Translations under genes and position numbers: made by a program
Part shown: positions 26,230-38,652 of the stretch, piece after piece
Layout: each line of letters begins with the position of its first letter
Numbering within the stretch: the first letter of the stretch is position 1
From: Auanema rhodensis
Taxonomy: Eukaryota; Animalia; Nematoda
Assembly: GCA_964057225.1 (NCBI GenBank)
Contig: OZ059894.1
Span: forward strand, 13,702,001-13,766,000
Direction: 5' to 3'
Length of the DNA stretch: 64,000 bases
The notes under the pieces: generated by a model
The model's database searches: none
What the model was told of the DNA's origin: nothing
What the model saw: only the letters and a program-made list of their open reading frames with translations

Positions 26230-26619
26230 TCATTGAGCAGTTCCCAAACTTGAAGAGAGTATGGTCGGAATCTATAAACATCAGGATTATAGTTTTGAAT
26301 TAGTAGATTTTTTGTAAAAAAATAAAGTTATAACTTACCGATCTTCTTGCTCTAATCACAGGTTTCTCTAAAGAATCGAATTGAAGAGGGTCGGAAGCAT
26401 ATCCACTGGGCTCAATAGGGACATTCAATGCCGAACTGAATTATAAAATATAAACAAAAAATAAAAAGAATAAGAACTGTTTTATATTAAATTTTTTTTA
26501 GAAATATACTATAAATTATAAAGAAAGGTGTATGTAGCTAAAAATGTTATAAAGTTATAATAAACCGATTAAACTTACATAAAACTGATGAGTAGAGCGA
26601 ATATCAAGACAAATCGCAT
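26230..26619 (-). CDS. Small secreted peptide precursor (59 aa, 3 exons) with an RARR convertase site
   Basis: Exons 26619-26579, 26435-26339, 26271-26230 with GTAAG donors: MRFVLIFALLISFISALNVPIEPSGYASDPLQFDSLEKPVIRARR-SIPTILSSSLGTAQ*. TATATAAG ~30 nt upstream (26650-26657), AATAAA at ~26165. Confidence 0.8.
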
Positions 26620-27533
26620 GTTCCTTCTATTGTTCTTAAACTTTTCTTCCTTATATATACATATATACCCCCATACTTTTGTTGTAATATTGCTTTGTTT
26701 GTCTATTTGTTTGTTCGATATTTCAATTGACTTTTGAACGGACACTAAAAACCTCAAGGACGGACAAGAAGCTTCATTTTTCGGTAAGGAAAGAAAAAGA
26801 AATAAAAGTTCTATCTTTTTTTCTTCAGTGAGGCTTTCAGTTCCAGGAAGGATAGTGTTGAAGTCTTTTGTATGTATCTTTATGAATAGAATTCATTTTC
26901 GAGTATATTATATGCCTTTTGAAAAACAGTCTCAGTTAGTAAGTCGATAGCTTCTTCAAATTGCTGAGAATATATAATATATGAGGTAATTTGTTTTTTT
27001 TGTTAAAAGTTTCATCAATTTTTCTTGAACCATCCGTAATTAAAATAACTTCTCTACATAACTAGACAATCAAATGAATGTAATTCGTACATAAGTTCCA
27101 TTCCACACTCAAATCTCAAACTCAATCTTGCAACGCAGAGTCTTATACGACGGGAAATTAGAATGCAACCGTTTATCATGCAAAATGCTTTAAAATAAAA
27201 ATTGAAAACACCATCTGCATATGAATCCTCCTTCCCTTGTTCGTCATCCAAAACTTGAAAAATAATAGAAAATAAATAGAAGCAATATGTATTTCAGACA
27301 TAAAATACATATATTGATTGTTTGAAAGTTGACTCTGCTCTCTTAGTGATCAAGTTGAAATCAACATGGAACATTTGTTTTGTATATTTGATGATACTCG
27401 CCTCAGGCACGTGATGAACTATAAGATTTACTTTATCATTTCGTGACTAAATCATCATTTTTACTCTTGATTTCCCAATTGTATTTTTATGATTCAATAA
27501 CATCCACGTTTGTCTATACTTAATATCCATAGT

Positions 27534-27548
27534 GGGGGGGGGGGGGGG
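27534..27548 (+). repeat. G15 homopolymer tract (G-quadruplex-capable)
   Basis: 15 consecutive G in an otherwise very AT-rich region. Confidence 0.9.
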
Positions 27549-28293
27549 ATGAGGTTTAAAAAAATTCTAAAATGCTTATCACTAATACAGCTCATATATA
27601 TGAGATGTGTTAAGCTTTATTAAATTTCATTCGAAATAATAATGAACCGCATATATACGATTAAATCTTCAATTGGAGTAACTCTTCTGAACTCTTTTTT
27701 AAGTATTTTTTGTTAATTATTCCTAGAAAAGAATAAAATGTTTACTAAGCCTTAATATTGAATAGCTTTTCGAGCATTATTTATGCTGAACAGGTTTTGA
27801 CGCTGCAGCAGCGCAGCAAAGGGTCTCGGAGCGTTTGGCATTTTGCCAATAAACGGGCGGTTCTTCACTCCTCTGGTAGTTCAGGAAACTTTGTATTTTT
27901 TTTTGAATATTCATTAATTTTATTATTAATAACTTTATTAAAATTGCTAATATATATATATAAGTTAACAGAAAAATATAATTTTAATTTGGGCCAATTA
28001 TTAAATTAAAAAACACGTTTTAACGTTTTCCAAAAGTTGTATATTGGCGATGACCAACTTATGAACTGTGTTATCTTCATTGATTTCTGATCTGATTGGC
28101 ACTATTGCAGACATGATGAATTTCTTTTTTTCTATTATTACTGTGTATCCCGTTTCAATTTTTTATATTTTTTTCTTAGGTATTCATAAACTAAAGCACA
28201 TTTGTGCTACCTTTTGGTTGTAGCATTTGTGTGAAGCAGGATTATAGAGTCAGTTTTTTTATTGTTAAAGCTCAGATTATTTTTATTATAGAC

Positions 28294-30352
28294 ATGTCCA
28301 AGTTTCCTTCTAGAGGACTTCCTCTTCGCACCATCGGAGGTTTCAGACAAACTTCGTTGACAGCCGCAGCTGCGAATCTCCCAATTCTTCAACCTAGGTT
28401 TGAATAAAAAGCTAAAACTTGTCTAACTTTTGTTGTTATAGTCGCAATGTTTCTCAGAGTAGATTATCTCCTCTCTTTGGAAGCCCACCAAAAACTGTAA
28501 ATATTCGACCATGCGCCACAATCAAGGGAATTCGTCTTTACAGCAGTAAGGCTTTTTTTCGTCTAAAACAAATCACGTTATTATTGAAGGCAATCTTCCT
28601 AAGAACCACAGAGTTCCTCTTCCTGCTCTCTCTCCAACTATGGAGCTAGGAACTGTTGTTTCATGGCAAAAAGTAATTTAAAAAAAAATATAATTAATAG
28701 CTCAACTCTATAATCTACAGAAAGAAGGAGATCAACTCAGCGAAGGAGATCTTCTTTGCGAAATCGAAACCGATAAAGCCACTATGGGTTTTGAGACTCC
28801 TGAGGAAGGATATCTTGCTAAGATTCTTATTCCTGAAGGAACAAAGGATGTTCCCATTGGAAAAGTTTGTGTTTTAATGAATTCATACCCTGATTCTTTC
28901 TCTTTAGCTTCTATGTATTATCGTAGATAACGAAGCCGATGTTGCTGCATTCAAAGATTATAAGGATACAGGAGACAATGCATCTGCTGGTGCTCCTAAG
29001 GCTGAAGAGAAGGTTGCTGCTCCACAAGTAAGCATATTTGTTTTATAATATTATATAATGCATTTCAGCCTGCCGCTCCTACTGCTGCTCCAGCTGTAGC
29101 CTCTTTCTCTGCTCCACCTCCCGCAGCTCGAGCTTTCGCCCCAGGACGTGTTAGCGCATCTCCATTCGCTAAAAAAATCGCTGCAGAGCGTGGATTGGAT
29201 CTTACGGTACACAACAAATCTTTGATGTATATGATATGTTCCTGCATTCTAGGCTGTTGCTGGATCTGGACCAGGTGGAAGAATTTTGGCATCTGACCTC
29301 TCCAGCGCTCCATCTAAAACTGCTACAGCTTCAGCAGCCGCTGCTGCTACTGTCAGTTCCGAAGGATCATACACCGTACTTCTAAGTTTTTTAGGATCGT
29401 TATAATACGCTTAATTTTTCAGGATGTCCCTCTTACAAACATGAGACGAACAATTGCTAAGAGACTGACTGAAAGTAAATCAACTATTCCTCATTACTAT
29501 CTTAGCAGTGAAATTAACATCGATAACCTTCTTGCGTATGTTTTTCATTTTTAAACTTTTTTTGATAAAAATGTTTTTAGTGTTCGTGAGAAATTAAATG
29601 TAATGTTGGCTAAGGGAGCTGTTGGTAGTTCATCTAAGCTTTCAATCAACGATTTCGTTATTAAGGTTTGTAAAATACTTTCGTTAAAGTATTTTCTGGT
29701 TATAATTTTTTTTAGGCCTCTGCCTTAGCTTGTATGAAGGTTCCTGAAGCCAACAGCTTCTTCATGGATTCATTCATCAGACAAAACAATAACGTTGATG
29801 TATGTGTAGCTGTATCTACACCCTCTGGACTTATTACTCCTATTATTTTCAATGCCCATGCTAAGGTTCTTTTCTTATTTGTTTGTTTTTCTACTTTTAT
29901 GTTACTCTTAGGGTTTGGCTACAATCTCCAGCGAAGTTTCTGAATTAGCTTCTAGAGCTAGAGAGAACAAGCTTCAACCTCACGAATTCCAGGTTTATCC
30001 AATTGTAGTATTTTTCTTTTTAATTTGTATATGTCAGGGAGGAACTTTCACCGTTTCTAACCTCGGAATGTTTGGAAGTGTCACTGACTTCACCGCTATT
30101 ATCAATCCTCCACAATCATGTATTCTCGCTATTGGAGGAGCTGAAAACAAGCTCGTACCATGTGAAACTGATGGGTATGTCAATCATCTTTGTTATATTT
30201 TGGTGATTATTGTATCGTTTAGATATCGTTCGACAAAAGTTATGCGCGTCACCTTATCTTGCGACCATCGTACTGTCGATGGAGCTGTAGGCGCTGTTTG
30301 GTTGAAGCATTTCAAAGAGTTCTTAGAGAAACCTCATACTATGCTTCTTTAG
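28294..30352 (+). CDS. dlat-1: Dihydrolipoyllysine-residue acetyltransferase, pyruvate dehydrogenase E2 (DLAT), multi-exon
   Basis: Mitochondrial presequence [16 protein letters not shown]...; lipoyl domain [38 protein letters not shown]; E1/E3-binding domain [13 protein letters not shown]...GSGPGGRI; catalytic [18 protein letters not shown]...PHTMLL*. Confidence 0.97.
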
Positions 30353-30852
30353 ATTAGTAATTCGGATTAAATTGTTTATATTTGGATTCGCATTTCGTTT
30401 TCTTCTATACGTGCTAAATAGTTTTTGATGAATAGTCATCCTAGGTAGTTTGCTTAACAAACAAACTACCTAATTCAGAGCCGGTTGTTCACTATATTTT
30501 TGATATCGTTGTGCAAATTTAAGATTTATATTGTAAGCAACTTTAGGTACTACGTGATTTGAGTGAAATTAGTGTACCCCTTGACGGGATTTACGAGTTT
30601 TGTCTTTAGTTTTGCATCAGCTCTCTAGGAAATAGTTGGCGCTAACTGGTTGCCGTAGGCCTACGTACATGTATAATGAACTAATAAAGTTTTTTAATAT
30701 ATTATGCAGTTGTTTTCTAATATGTAGTACAAGTAGTTTGGGTTTATAAGAAAATTAATAAAATATTAATTTACTATTTCCCAAAATTCAAAAAAAATAT
30801 TAGCAAGAGTAACCAATTTATACTTACTAGTCTATTTCTCGCTGAGGTTTAT

Positions 30853-30925
30853 GGCCCCGTGGCCTAATGGATAAGGCGTCGGTCTCCTAAACCGAAGACT
30901 GCAGGTTCGAGTCCTGCCTGGGTCG
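30853..30925 (+). tRNA. tRNA-Arg (anticodon CCT)
   Basis: 73-nt cloverleaf GGCCCCGTGGCCTAATGGATAAGGCGTCGGTCTCCTAAACCGAAGACTGCAGGTTCGAGTCCTGCCTGGGTCG. Anticodon stem TCGGT/ACCGA, T-arm GCAGG-TTCGAGT-CCTGC, TTTT just downstream. Confidence 0.95.
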
Positions 30926-31536
30926 TAATTTTAGGAACTTGTCATCATGCGTATTATAAAGCGTAGAAAAGCTACATTTTACCTCGATGACGTTTGATAA
31001 ATCCAATTCATATCAACGACTTTCAATAGGTTTTTTTTAATGAAGTTATGAGACTAGTTAAGTTGTCAGGAGTTTCTTACTTTTTTTATTTTCGCTTAAT
31101 ACGATGAGACATCTCCGAAGCATTTTTTGAAAATTTTGTTCGATTAATCATTTAATTCTTTGATTTTAAAAATATTTTAACCTGTGTGAACATGTACTGT
31201 ATTTCATGATGTTTAATAAAATTCAAAATTTCATTCAAATATAATCACATTTAGAACATGCTGTTGAAAATTTCTTTTAATAAAAATACAAAAACATGTT
31301 TTCCAAGCATACTCGTAATGACAAACCAATCATGAGCAAGCTGTTAATGGAAAAAATAAAGAAATGAAATCGTTTTTGTTTACATATTATGTGCAATTGA
31401 CTGTATAATATGAGTTGAAGTGAAAAATCACAAAATATGTCTCAATATTCAAATATATCATCAACTTATTTCTATATACCCTGAACTTTCGAGCAAAGTC
31501 CAAGAAAAATCACTAGGTTTCTATTATTTTTTATTC

Positions 31537-34500
31537 TTAGGAGCATCCTGATACTTCTTTTTCTTCTTTTACAATTTTTTCACGTAAACGACGCTCTTGA
31601 AGTGTTCTAAGCATATCAATCATTTCCTTAAAATATGATTTTTTTAATTAAAAACACTTAGTATAAGCAGTTGTTTCAACTTACATTATTCTTTTTACGA
31701 TTCGCTTCAGTATATGGAGTTGTTCCAAATTCATCCATGACACGAGGATCAAGACCACAATCCATTAGATATTGAACAACGTCTTTACGATTATGAGTAA
31801 CAGCCTATAATTCATTATAGATAGCATGGTAAAGGTCATCTAATTGTTCTTGAAAGAAAATAAAAATTCAAAATACCACATGTAATGCTGTACGGTCATC
31901 ATAATCAGTTTCTTTCATGCTACAGCCAGCTGCTCGATAACATTTCAATAAAGTCAAATCACCTTGAGATGCAGCTAAGCACAATTCAACTCCTATAACC
32001 CATTTCTTTTATTTTGCCTTCAAGTTATGTTTTTCCAAACCTATTTTATGAGCACTTGCATCAATGCTAGCTCCCGCTTTTCTAAGTGCTTCCACACAAG
32101 GAAGTGCCTTAGCTTTAACTGCACAAACTAAAGGATTATATCCAAACATATCTCTGAAATATATAGTTTTTAATTATTTATATTTAATTATTTTTATACT
32201 TTGTATGTACATTAACCCCAATGCTTAACAAATATTTTACAGATTCTAAATTTCCATGAGATGCAGCTACGTGTAACGCAGTTCGATGATTATAATCAGG
32301 AGATGAGAAGTTTACACCACTTTCCTTTAATTATATATTTTAATATTTTAATTATTAAAACTACAAAATCTTACATTCAAACTTCTCAAGAGATCAGGCT
32401 TATTAGTCTTAGCAGCGTTACAAAACAATGGAGGTAAGATCGTATCGCGAAGAAGTTGTACTTCATTTGCTGAGGATATTCTCAAACATTTCGCAATATA
32501 TGGAACTGAAATAGATTAAAAATATTAAAAATAATTGTTGAAAATCATTACTTATATCAGATTCACGTAATGGTCCCATGTTACTTACTGTCATTTCACC
32601 ACGAAGATTTGCTTGTAGCATCTAAATGAACGTCGTTTTATTAAAAATCTTAATTGAAAGAAGGAAATTATGTTTACCAATTTTTTCTGAGGTAGAGTCC
32701 ATTCATCTTTTCCAAGAACGTAACACATCTTTGTCATTGCAGCTTCTGATGTCATATCAGAACCAGAAATAACTCCAATATCGGTGAGCACCTAAAATAT
32801 AGTTACAGTATCTTTTTATTAGAAAAAATATGATATACCTTGCCTGTTGCATAGTTAAGATCTACTTGTCCTCGTAGACATTGAGAACAATTAAGTACTA
32901 ATAAACCACGTTCATCAATAGCTTCCTATAATTTTCAATTATTGATTTAAAAAAAACTTTTTTTTTCAAAATATACTTTAATAGCTTTTAGAATATCTTG
33001 ACGTTGTGAAGGCACATTACCACAGCCATATGTTTGAAGAATAACACCTTTAACTGGCGGAGCCAAAAATGATTTAACCTATAATATAATAATAAAATTA
33101 TAATATATATAAAAAGAAAACTAACTAATTCTATACTAATTGATGGGAAAATTCGTAATATTCCAACATTTCGACAAAGATTATCATGAACAGAGAAAGC
33201 TTCAATAGTATCACTTCGAAATACAGAATCATAATGCACTGAAATGTTAAAAAATTAACAGATAAATGTTATTTAATATATGACCTTACCTTTAATATTG
33301 ATATTCATTTTGGCTAATGGAGCTAAATTTGGACTATCAAATGCTTCCAAAGCTGAATTATCAAGTTTTATCGTTCTATTTCCGCGCATTAATTTGTTAT
33401 TAAAGTACACACAAACCTTAAATAATATTCTTTTATACTTTTTAAATTAAATTTATTATACTTCAGGAATATCTAAATTACCAGCTACTATCAGTGCACC
33501 GATCAGGTTATCCATGCCATCAGAACGAACTTCAGCAACGGGAATCTAGAAAGAAAAAAAAATGTTCTTAAACTTATGAAGACATACTTGGCTTCCAGTA
33601 ATTACAACAGGTTTTCCCAAGTTTTCCATCATGAAGGATAATGCACTAGCTGTGTATGCTAAGGTATCTGTTCCATGCAACACAACAAAGCCATCATAGT
33701 TATGATAAGCTTTTTTGATATCAGAAGCAATACGAATCCAATCATCAAAAGTCATATCACATGAATCAAGTAAAGGCTCATACTCAACAATCTATTTAAA
33801 CGTATATAATTAATAAAAAATTATAAAATATCATATAGCTTACCCAATAAACAACCCGTTTTGTCATACCTCGTACAGGTGGGAGTGAATATGGCCGTAC
33901 AGATGACAAACTTCCATAGTGTTGATTAATAAAATTACGATCATTAAGTGGAGGAATATCACGTAATACTTCAGGAAGATATCCAGCATATGGTTTATAT
34001 ACTAAAAATTATAATATTTGTAAATTAACTTATATGAATTTATTTTCTAATATATCATGTGATCAATTCATTTTAGATTTTGATGTTCCTATGTTCAACA
34101 AACATTTTTGATATACGTGAAGTTTCACGTGGAATTAATTTTAAACAATTTGACACATGACACGGTTGTATAATAAATATTAAAATATTAATTTTATATA
34201 AAGTTTTAAATAATTTTTCATATTTCTATAAAATTTTTTGTGATTGACCCTGATCAAACATCGTCTATAGTTTGAAAAATGTGATTTGTTTTAAGTTCTT
34301 CTCATTTTAATCGGATCATTTTCGACTGAAACAATGATCTCTCTATTTGCTCCATAAACTTTTCTTATAGTTTGATCAATTATATAATTTATACCAAAAG
34401 ATTAAATGAAATAAAATAACATATTTTATGTTATAATTTTGTTTAAAATATGTTTTATAATATTATATTATATAGTTATAATACAGTACCTCCATCACGA

Positions 34501-36117
34501 TTCATCATTCCAATAGTTCCACCAGTATACAAAACCAATACACGTGATTCAGGTAAAGATGTTGGAGCAACAATTGTCTTGTGTATAGATATTGGATCAC
34601 TGAGTTCTTGTACAAGATCCTAAACATATAAAAATTAGAAAAAAAATCTGTAAAACTGAATATTATAAAATATTTTAACATATAATTAGCTTCTCTTGAT
34701 TATAGACATTTATTTATTTCCCATATTAGGTTAATGTACCTCAATGTAGCCTTGAATAATAGCTGAATCATTTGTTCGAACTTGGTATTGATATAGAAGT
34801 TTAGCCATTATTCTTAATAATTATATAATTTTCAATTCAGCTCTAACTATTCAACAACCAATCAATTAATAATAATAAATTCTATATATCATATATAATT
34901 AAAAAATTATAATAAATAGAATAAAATTAATAAAAATTAAACAAAAGCATTAAATTCTGATCTGAGTACAGATGACCTCAGTGCATTATTTAATGAAAGA
35001 CAGCTCGATGATTTGATTCTCGGCGTCGATGTCTTCGTCTTCAATAGCAATCGTTTTCAATTTACTTTTGAATTGACATAGTGGTTAACAGACAGACAGA
35101 CCGATCATACTGATAGGAACGATAGACAAAGAAATAGATACTTTAATCAAAAAGAAATTACTATCAGAATCGGCGATGTCTTTCTTCGACCAGCCATCTC
35201 TCCGTTTTGATCTCTTGAATCTGTCTCGTTTCCCTGTCTCCTAGGCTTTTTCATTTTCTCTTTTATACCGTCTCATTTGACTGCCGTCAGAGAGATTTTT
35301 CAATAAACATATTCTTTTCTTTTTTTTGAATCATTCACATTATTTCTTTAAGACCTAATCACAAACACCATCACACTACTTCACGTTCATTATTTTTCTG
35401 CTCCACACCTCGCTTTTGTAGATTTTTTTTCCAATTTGTTTGTTCCTGTCCTCCTACTCCGCCTCCTCACCCATATTTCTTTCAACTTTTCTTGAAAATT
35501 CATCTTTTGATTTTATTTTTTAGCATTCTTTGTAAGAAAAATATCTATCCTTTTCATGAATCAAACATAAATATCAAATTGTTCTTATACAAAATGTTCT
35601 TTTTTTTCATTTTACGTTCCGCGTGGTTTAAGTTTTTCATCACAAACTGTTAATAGCTTTATATGATCATACATTCATCATATATGATCAATTAAACTAA
35701 CATTCCACTTTTGTTTCTTTACTACTTTATAAGAAAATTAAATATAACAAGAGATGAGCACGAAATTTATGAATTTTATATCTTTTCTCTCAACTACAAC
35801 ATCTCAAAAATCACTTTTTCAACCTATGGCTTTGATAAGTTTAGTTGACTTTTAGATTAAGAAATGCAGAAGAAAAAGAATGGTTTGAAACTGAAAACAC
35901 ATACCGTAGCAGAAATATTTCTCAGCAATGATCCATCAAGAACTTTCAACATCTTGGGTGTATGTGAGTCATCTAATGGTGTTCGGCGACATCCGGATGG
36001 TGATTCTGTGATATATACGATGAAATTAGGAATATAGAAAAGAAAATATTCACCCTCACAGAAGCTTCCATTCTCACAACCACGAACTTTAACTATTGGG
36101 ATGGCAGCCGATGACAT
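31537..36117 (-). CDS. L-asparaginase / 60-kDa lysophospholipase (ASPG-like) with C-terminal ankyrin repeats, multi-exon
   Basis: VLVLYTGGTIGM, LLDSCDMT, GFVVLHGTDTLAYTAS, KPVVITGSQ, GNRTIKLD, QTYGCGN, SDMTSEAA and ankyrin DYNHRTALHVAASHG / DYDDRTALHV. TAA at 31537. The 5' exons 36117-36054 and 36005-35905 are joined to 34619 by phase; the exact N-terminus is less certain. Confidence 0.93.
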
Positions 36118-37935
36118 TTTGGCTGATAACCAACTCCAATCTAAAAGTAATTTCTCCATGCAAGGTATGGTAATGTGATCACTAAGATCATCAATAATTT
36201 GAGAGTCATGTGAGCCATATAGAAGCATAGACATGATTAGCTATATGAATAGTTAGCAGAAGTATTTATATGAAGATGACTAGGATAATAGATTAACTAT
36301 ATGAGTAGGGAAATTTCGATCATTTATCTCATCTATATAAGGAAATTTAATGATAAAAATGTGTCAGAAATTCATTATATTTAATCGGAAAATATCAATT
36401 CGCAAAAGGATTTCCTATCACATAGCTGAGGAGGTCACTGCCAAAAGCAAAGATTTTTGATAGGAAGATGATAATCATGAAAACCAGACTAATCGTTAAA
36501 TATTGAACACCATATGTAGAAATCAGTTCAAATTTGAATACTTCACAAAGAAAACTCAAAATCCCAGCTGGTGCTGTACGAATAAATTTTTTTTTGTCAT
36601 ATTTATTTCAATGAAAATAGGAATTGGGATGAAAACGATTAGTCATTAACTCATTTAAAATGATAATAAATTGAATTAAAACTATATATATGTATGTATG
36701 TATATATAAATATAAATATATATTATTAAAATAGAAATAAGTAAAGCATAGAATGAAGAAAATCAGCAAAGTAAAGGAGGAGAAAGAGATGATGATGATG
36801 CTATACTATAATATAGATAGCACACTACTTAACTACAGGGACTAGAGCAAAAGTCAAGTAATTTTGAAATTAAATGGATTTTCAAGTACCAGTTCTCAGA
36901 AATCATATAGCTCAATAAACTAACTCTAGTTCAATTTACGAATTTAAATATAATATGGAATAACATGGATAAGAGAGAATTTCTTAGTGATAGAAAATAG
37001 GAAAATGCTGTTGGCAAGATGTCGCATGAAGTATTTAAGGGAATAAACATAACTTTATATAGTAAAAGCTGATTGTAGATATATGATAAAGAAAAATATT
37101 ATTCTAATAATCAACCGTTCTCTTTAAATATTTCAAATAAAATAAAATGATAGATGATACAGCATGATTATGTGAAAATAAATATTAATTTGTATATATT
37201 GATTAAAATTATAATAATAAATGAAGTAAGTTAGCAATATATTAATAATTTACATAATATAATGTGAAAATAGAGAAAAACATGTGAAAGATTAAACGAA
37301 GAACTAAAATATTTTTTATTAAAATGTTTATCATTGTAATAAATTTCAAAAAATCCAATAAAACTGATTGTTCCAACAAGATTATCTATATAATTTGTCT
37401 ATTTTTGGATGAGATCAGAAAACTAGATAGAAGTTCAAGGTAGAGAAAAGAATACAATTGCAAAATTACTTGATTTTCATGAACACGGTTTATGAAACTT
37501 GAAAAAAATATTTTTGTAGTTCTTTAAGAATTGCCAGGTTTAAAACACAATAATAATCGCTTTTGTTTTTATTATATGATATAATATATGTGTAAATTGG
37601 TTAATAAACCTGCTTGAGTAAAAATATGAAGGTTGAGCTAAAAAAATCGATCCACTGATGCTAGGAGTTCTTCTCCACCCCACACATTGATGAAAGTATG
37701 TTTGAGGGAGACACGAAGGATTTAAAGAAAGCTAGACAGACGCAATTTGAAAATAGCCTTTGGAGAGAAGAGAAGTGGCGGAAAAACTGCGGGTTGCTGG
37801 GAGGGTTGACTAAGCATTGTGAGAGATATATAGGGTGCCAGAGAAATGTCTAGAAAAATAGGAAAAGGAATAAAAATGAGAGAGAATGAAGTGGAAACAG
37901 AAGATTGACGAGACTTATTGGTAATGGAAAAATGA

Positions 37936-37937
<2 letters not shown>

Positions 37938-38002
<65 letters not shown>
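37938..38002. repeat. (AG)n microsatellite followed by GGAGAGA units
   Basis: About 32 perfect AG units. Confidence 0.97.
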
Positions 38003-38006
<4 letters not shown>

Positions 38007-38652
38007 AGAGAGATAAGAGGAGAGAGGAGAGAGGAGAGAGGAAGAGCTGTGTAGACAAAGAAAAAGAAATTAGAAAAAGAGAATAAGAGCTACATATTTC
38101 AATTCAAAGTGCAAACTGAAAAGAATAGCTGCATGACGACAGTTATTAAAACCACTTTTCATGTGAATAATGTGTGAGGAATGTTAAACAGTGAATTTCA
38201 GATCTTTTCACGCAAAATTTCAAAAGACATAGTATGTAAAGCACATGAGAAATAGCTCATGATATTTAAAAAATATTTTTTTAAATGAAAAAACATTGTA
38301 AAGTGGCATGCACTAATAGATCATATTTCTTTTCAAAAGTAGCCTCCGTCAAATGTAAAGTTTAAATTTTAAAAAACATTGCGACTAAGGAGAAAAAACT
38401 TTGGGAAACTTGAGAGATTTGATATGGTATGATCATGTGAATTTGTTCTTGATTTCATGACATATCTATAAAATCAATTCGATATAGTACATATATTAAA
38501 TAAAATTTTATTAAAATATTATTTATTAGAAACAATTTATAACAGTTTATACATTAAACTTAATTAAAAAATTAAATTAAAGTTAAACAGTCATTTTTTT
38601 ATTATATTTACATAGGAAAACAATGGTTATGCCCTGTATTTTGAAATGACAC

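Noticed and set aside
37012-37032. TGGCAAGATGTCGCAT, resembling mature miR-31/72/73
   Set aside because: No complementary star arm on either side, so no pre-miRNA hairpin.
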